From assembly GCA_013239625.1 (NCBI GenBank), contig MU053652.1, forward strand, positions 9,064,077-9,089,787: DNA of 25,711 nucleotides, given 5' to 3'. The stretch is from Lama guanicoe (lineage: Eukaryota). Positions 23,684 to 25,711 of this stretch are shown piece after piece. A program made the position numbers and the translations under genes. The notes under the pieces are model-generated. The model was not told the origin of the DNA, made no database searches, and saw nothing but the letters and a program-made list of their open reading frames with translations. How positions within the stretch are numbered: the first letter of the stretch is position 1; every line of letters begins with the position of its first letter.

Positions 23684-25068
23684 GGGAGGGTTTGGGTAGG
23701 AGAGGCAGAGCCTGACTGCAGAGGCCAGGTAGGGGGCCTGACACTGTCTAGAGGGCGATGGAAAGCTACAGAGTACTTAAAATAGGGAAAATAATCAGCT
23801 TTGTGTTTTAGATTGGAGATAAATGGAAGCAAGAGGAGTGGGAAGTGGTTCCTGTGGTCCCAGCAAGGCCTAAATAACGCTGTGGAATTAAAGAGCAGAG
23901 AGGGGGAAAAGGTACACAAGAGCTCAGCGGTTTCAACCTATACAGGTGAAATTTGAGCTCATTTTGCTGTCTCCGCATGGCTCCTGGCTCGTAGACAGAG
24001 TTGGAAGGTGGAGAAGTCGGCTTGAGAAGGGAGCACTCCAGAGGTGCCCAGGAGAAAGGAGCAGTGGACAGGGGACCCCAGGTGTGTCGATTCCATGAGT
24101 TTCCCAAAGGACGCCCTGGCTTGTGAATATGTCTATTTATCTTTTTTTTTCCCCCTAAAGCCCATATCCCAGGGATACATTAAAGTGGTTTAAATATTTA
24201 TTTTAACACAGTAAATAAATACTGTTCTGCCAGCATCTGGTGGGTACGTTTTGCCCTTTCTTAGCTGAGCGAGTGTGCTAGACCTTAACCGTTGGATGAG
24301 GAGGGCGCGACTGTCTCATTAGCCCTCCGGCCCGGCTCATCAGAAGTAGCACTGCTGACTTAGATGACTTTTACCCCCTGGCAATCTGTTCAAGACTTGG
24401 ATTCCTTGGGGGAAAAAAAGGAGGACTAGAAGGATGCTGGGATGTTAATATGAGAGATGTGGCTTTTGTTGGCCATCTGACCCACTCCTGTGAGGTAATG
24501 GGGAGAGCGTGAATGACTTTCTGAGATCTACGAGGTGAAGTCATTTTTCCTTGAGACTTGACGTTGTTGAAATGTTGACGTGCCTATGCATGGGACTGAT
24601 ACTGACCTGAGGGAGACTCCCTGTTGGAGGGTTGGTGGCCCTGCTGTCTGGAACACCCGTTCTCCACTTCTGATAGAACGGCCTGGCCCTTGGGGCTGGG
24701 GTGGGGGCCCTCAGAGTGAGGACCACGGCTGTAACCCTTGCGGTGGTATTTGCCTGTGTGCTCAATATGACACATCACGCTGGTGGGGAAGCGTAAGCTT
24801 TTTCATGATTCCAACAAGCAAAGATGCTTATAATTAAATGTTTGGTTTTAGAATTAGAAATTATACGGAAGTAGCATGCTCTCAGGGGCAGAATTCGTTG
24901 CTTGTAGAAAACTTCTATTACCAATTATTTATACGATTCAGTGATTTTTCAGAAAGCTGTTTTCTAAATTCTTTTTTTCCTTTGGCTAACATTTTAATAT
25001 GGATATAAGTAGCGAGAAGCCTCCTTTACAATGCCATTTATCTCTTTCCAATTTCATTTCCCTTTCAG

Positions 25069-25128
25069 ATATTATCAGATGCGACACAGTCTCTTGAGAG
25101 TCAGAATTTTTCTCCTGTGGTTCGAGAC
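25069..25128 (+). CDS. AASS: AASS exon 12
   Basis: ccctttcag|ATA...GAC|gtaagt; ILSDATQSLESQNFSPVVRD; 60 nt. Confidence 0.96.
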
Positions 25129-25315
25129 GTAAGTTACGGAGATAATCTCTTTTCATGAATGTATTTCCAGCGTCACTCCCCTCTCCCTCTTTCCCTTTTT
25201 CTCTCCCTGCCTTTCTGTATCTGTGTCACCCTGTCTCTCCTGTACTAGTCGTGAGCCCATGTTTGTGGAACTAAATGAAGTGACTAAAGAAATGTCTTGT
25301 GTCGTATACCTTTAG

Positions 25316-25383
25316 GCAGTAATTACATCCAACGGCACGTTGTCTGATAAATACAAATATATCCAGAAACTCCGAGAGAGCAG
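25316..25383 (+). CDS. AASS: AASS exon 13 (end of LKR domain / interdomain linker); gene continues past the window
   Basis: cctttag|GCA...GCAG|gtaagc; AVITSNGTLSDKYKYIQKLRES(R); 68 nt. Confidence 0.96.
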
Positions 25384-25711
25384 GTAAGCATTGTTCAGAT
25401 CCTCTTGTTTGATATTTCTAGTCTGACCTGGGGTCTCATGAGTATTGTTTATGCTCCCATGTGAATTCGTGATACTTGGTATATATACATTTTTTTAAAT
25501 GTCTGTAAATGTAGGAAATTCAAGCTAAGTGACTGGCCAAAACCAACGTGAATTATTTCCTCTTGAACGGTATTGTAACGTAATTTTGGCCATCTAATAC
25601 CCTTTGTAGACTGTTGTGTGAGCACGCAGAAGTCCAAAAGCGCAGTCCTTTGGGTCTCCTCTGCTGCTTTCTCTAGAGTTTTGCACGTTGTAATGTCTCA
25701 GTTATTCTCTC

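Noticed and set aside
25311..25319. TAG-G-CAG as a tandem (NAGNAG) acceptor at exon 13
   Set aside because: The AGs are 4 nt apart; the second would frameshift and protein continuity requires the first.

Overview
Mammalian genomic DNA containing the 5' half of AASS (alpha-aminoadipic semialdehyde synthase, the bifunctional LKR/SDH enzyme of mitochondrial lysine catabolism) on the + strand. Twelve coding exons (numbered 2-13 by analogy to the human gene; non-coding exon 1 not found in the window) splice into an uninterrupted 1406-nt frame (468 codons + 2 nt). This encodes the mitochondrial presequence and the whole lysine-ketoglutarate reductase domain. The window ends in intron 13, before the saccharopine dehydrogenase exons. 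The rest is intron with L1, L2, MIR and Tigger1-type repeats. The repeat content suggests an artiodactyl, probably a camelid (inference from recalled repeat consensus). I see no new multi-gene system. The best observations are a GC-AG intron, a TSD-flanked 5'-inverted (twin-primed) L1 with a large internal gap, a candidate MIR-derived poison exon in a GCATG cluster, an overlapping IRF/NF-kB element and a perfect CRE in intron 1, and a donor that would give a clean LKR-only protein if intron 13 were not spliced. Most ORFs in the supplied track are spurious.
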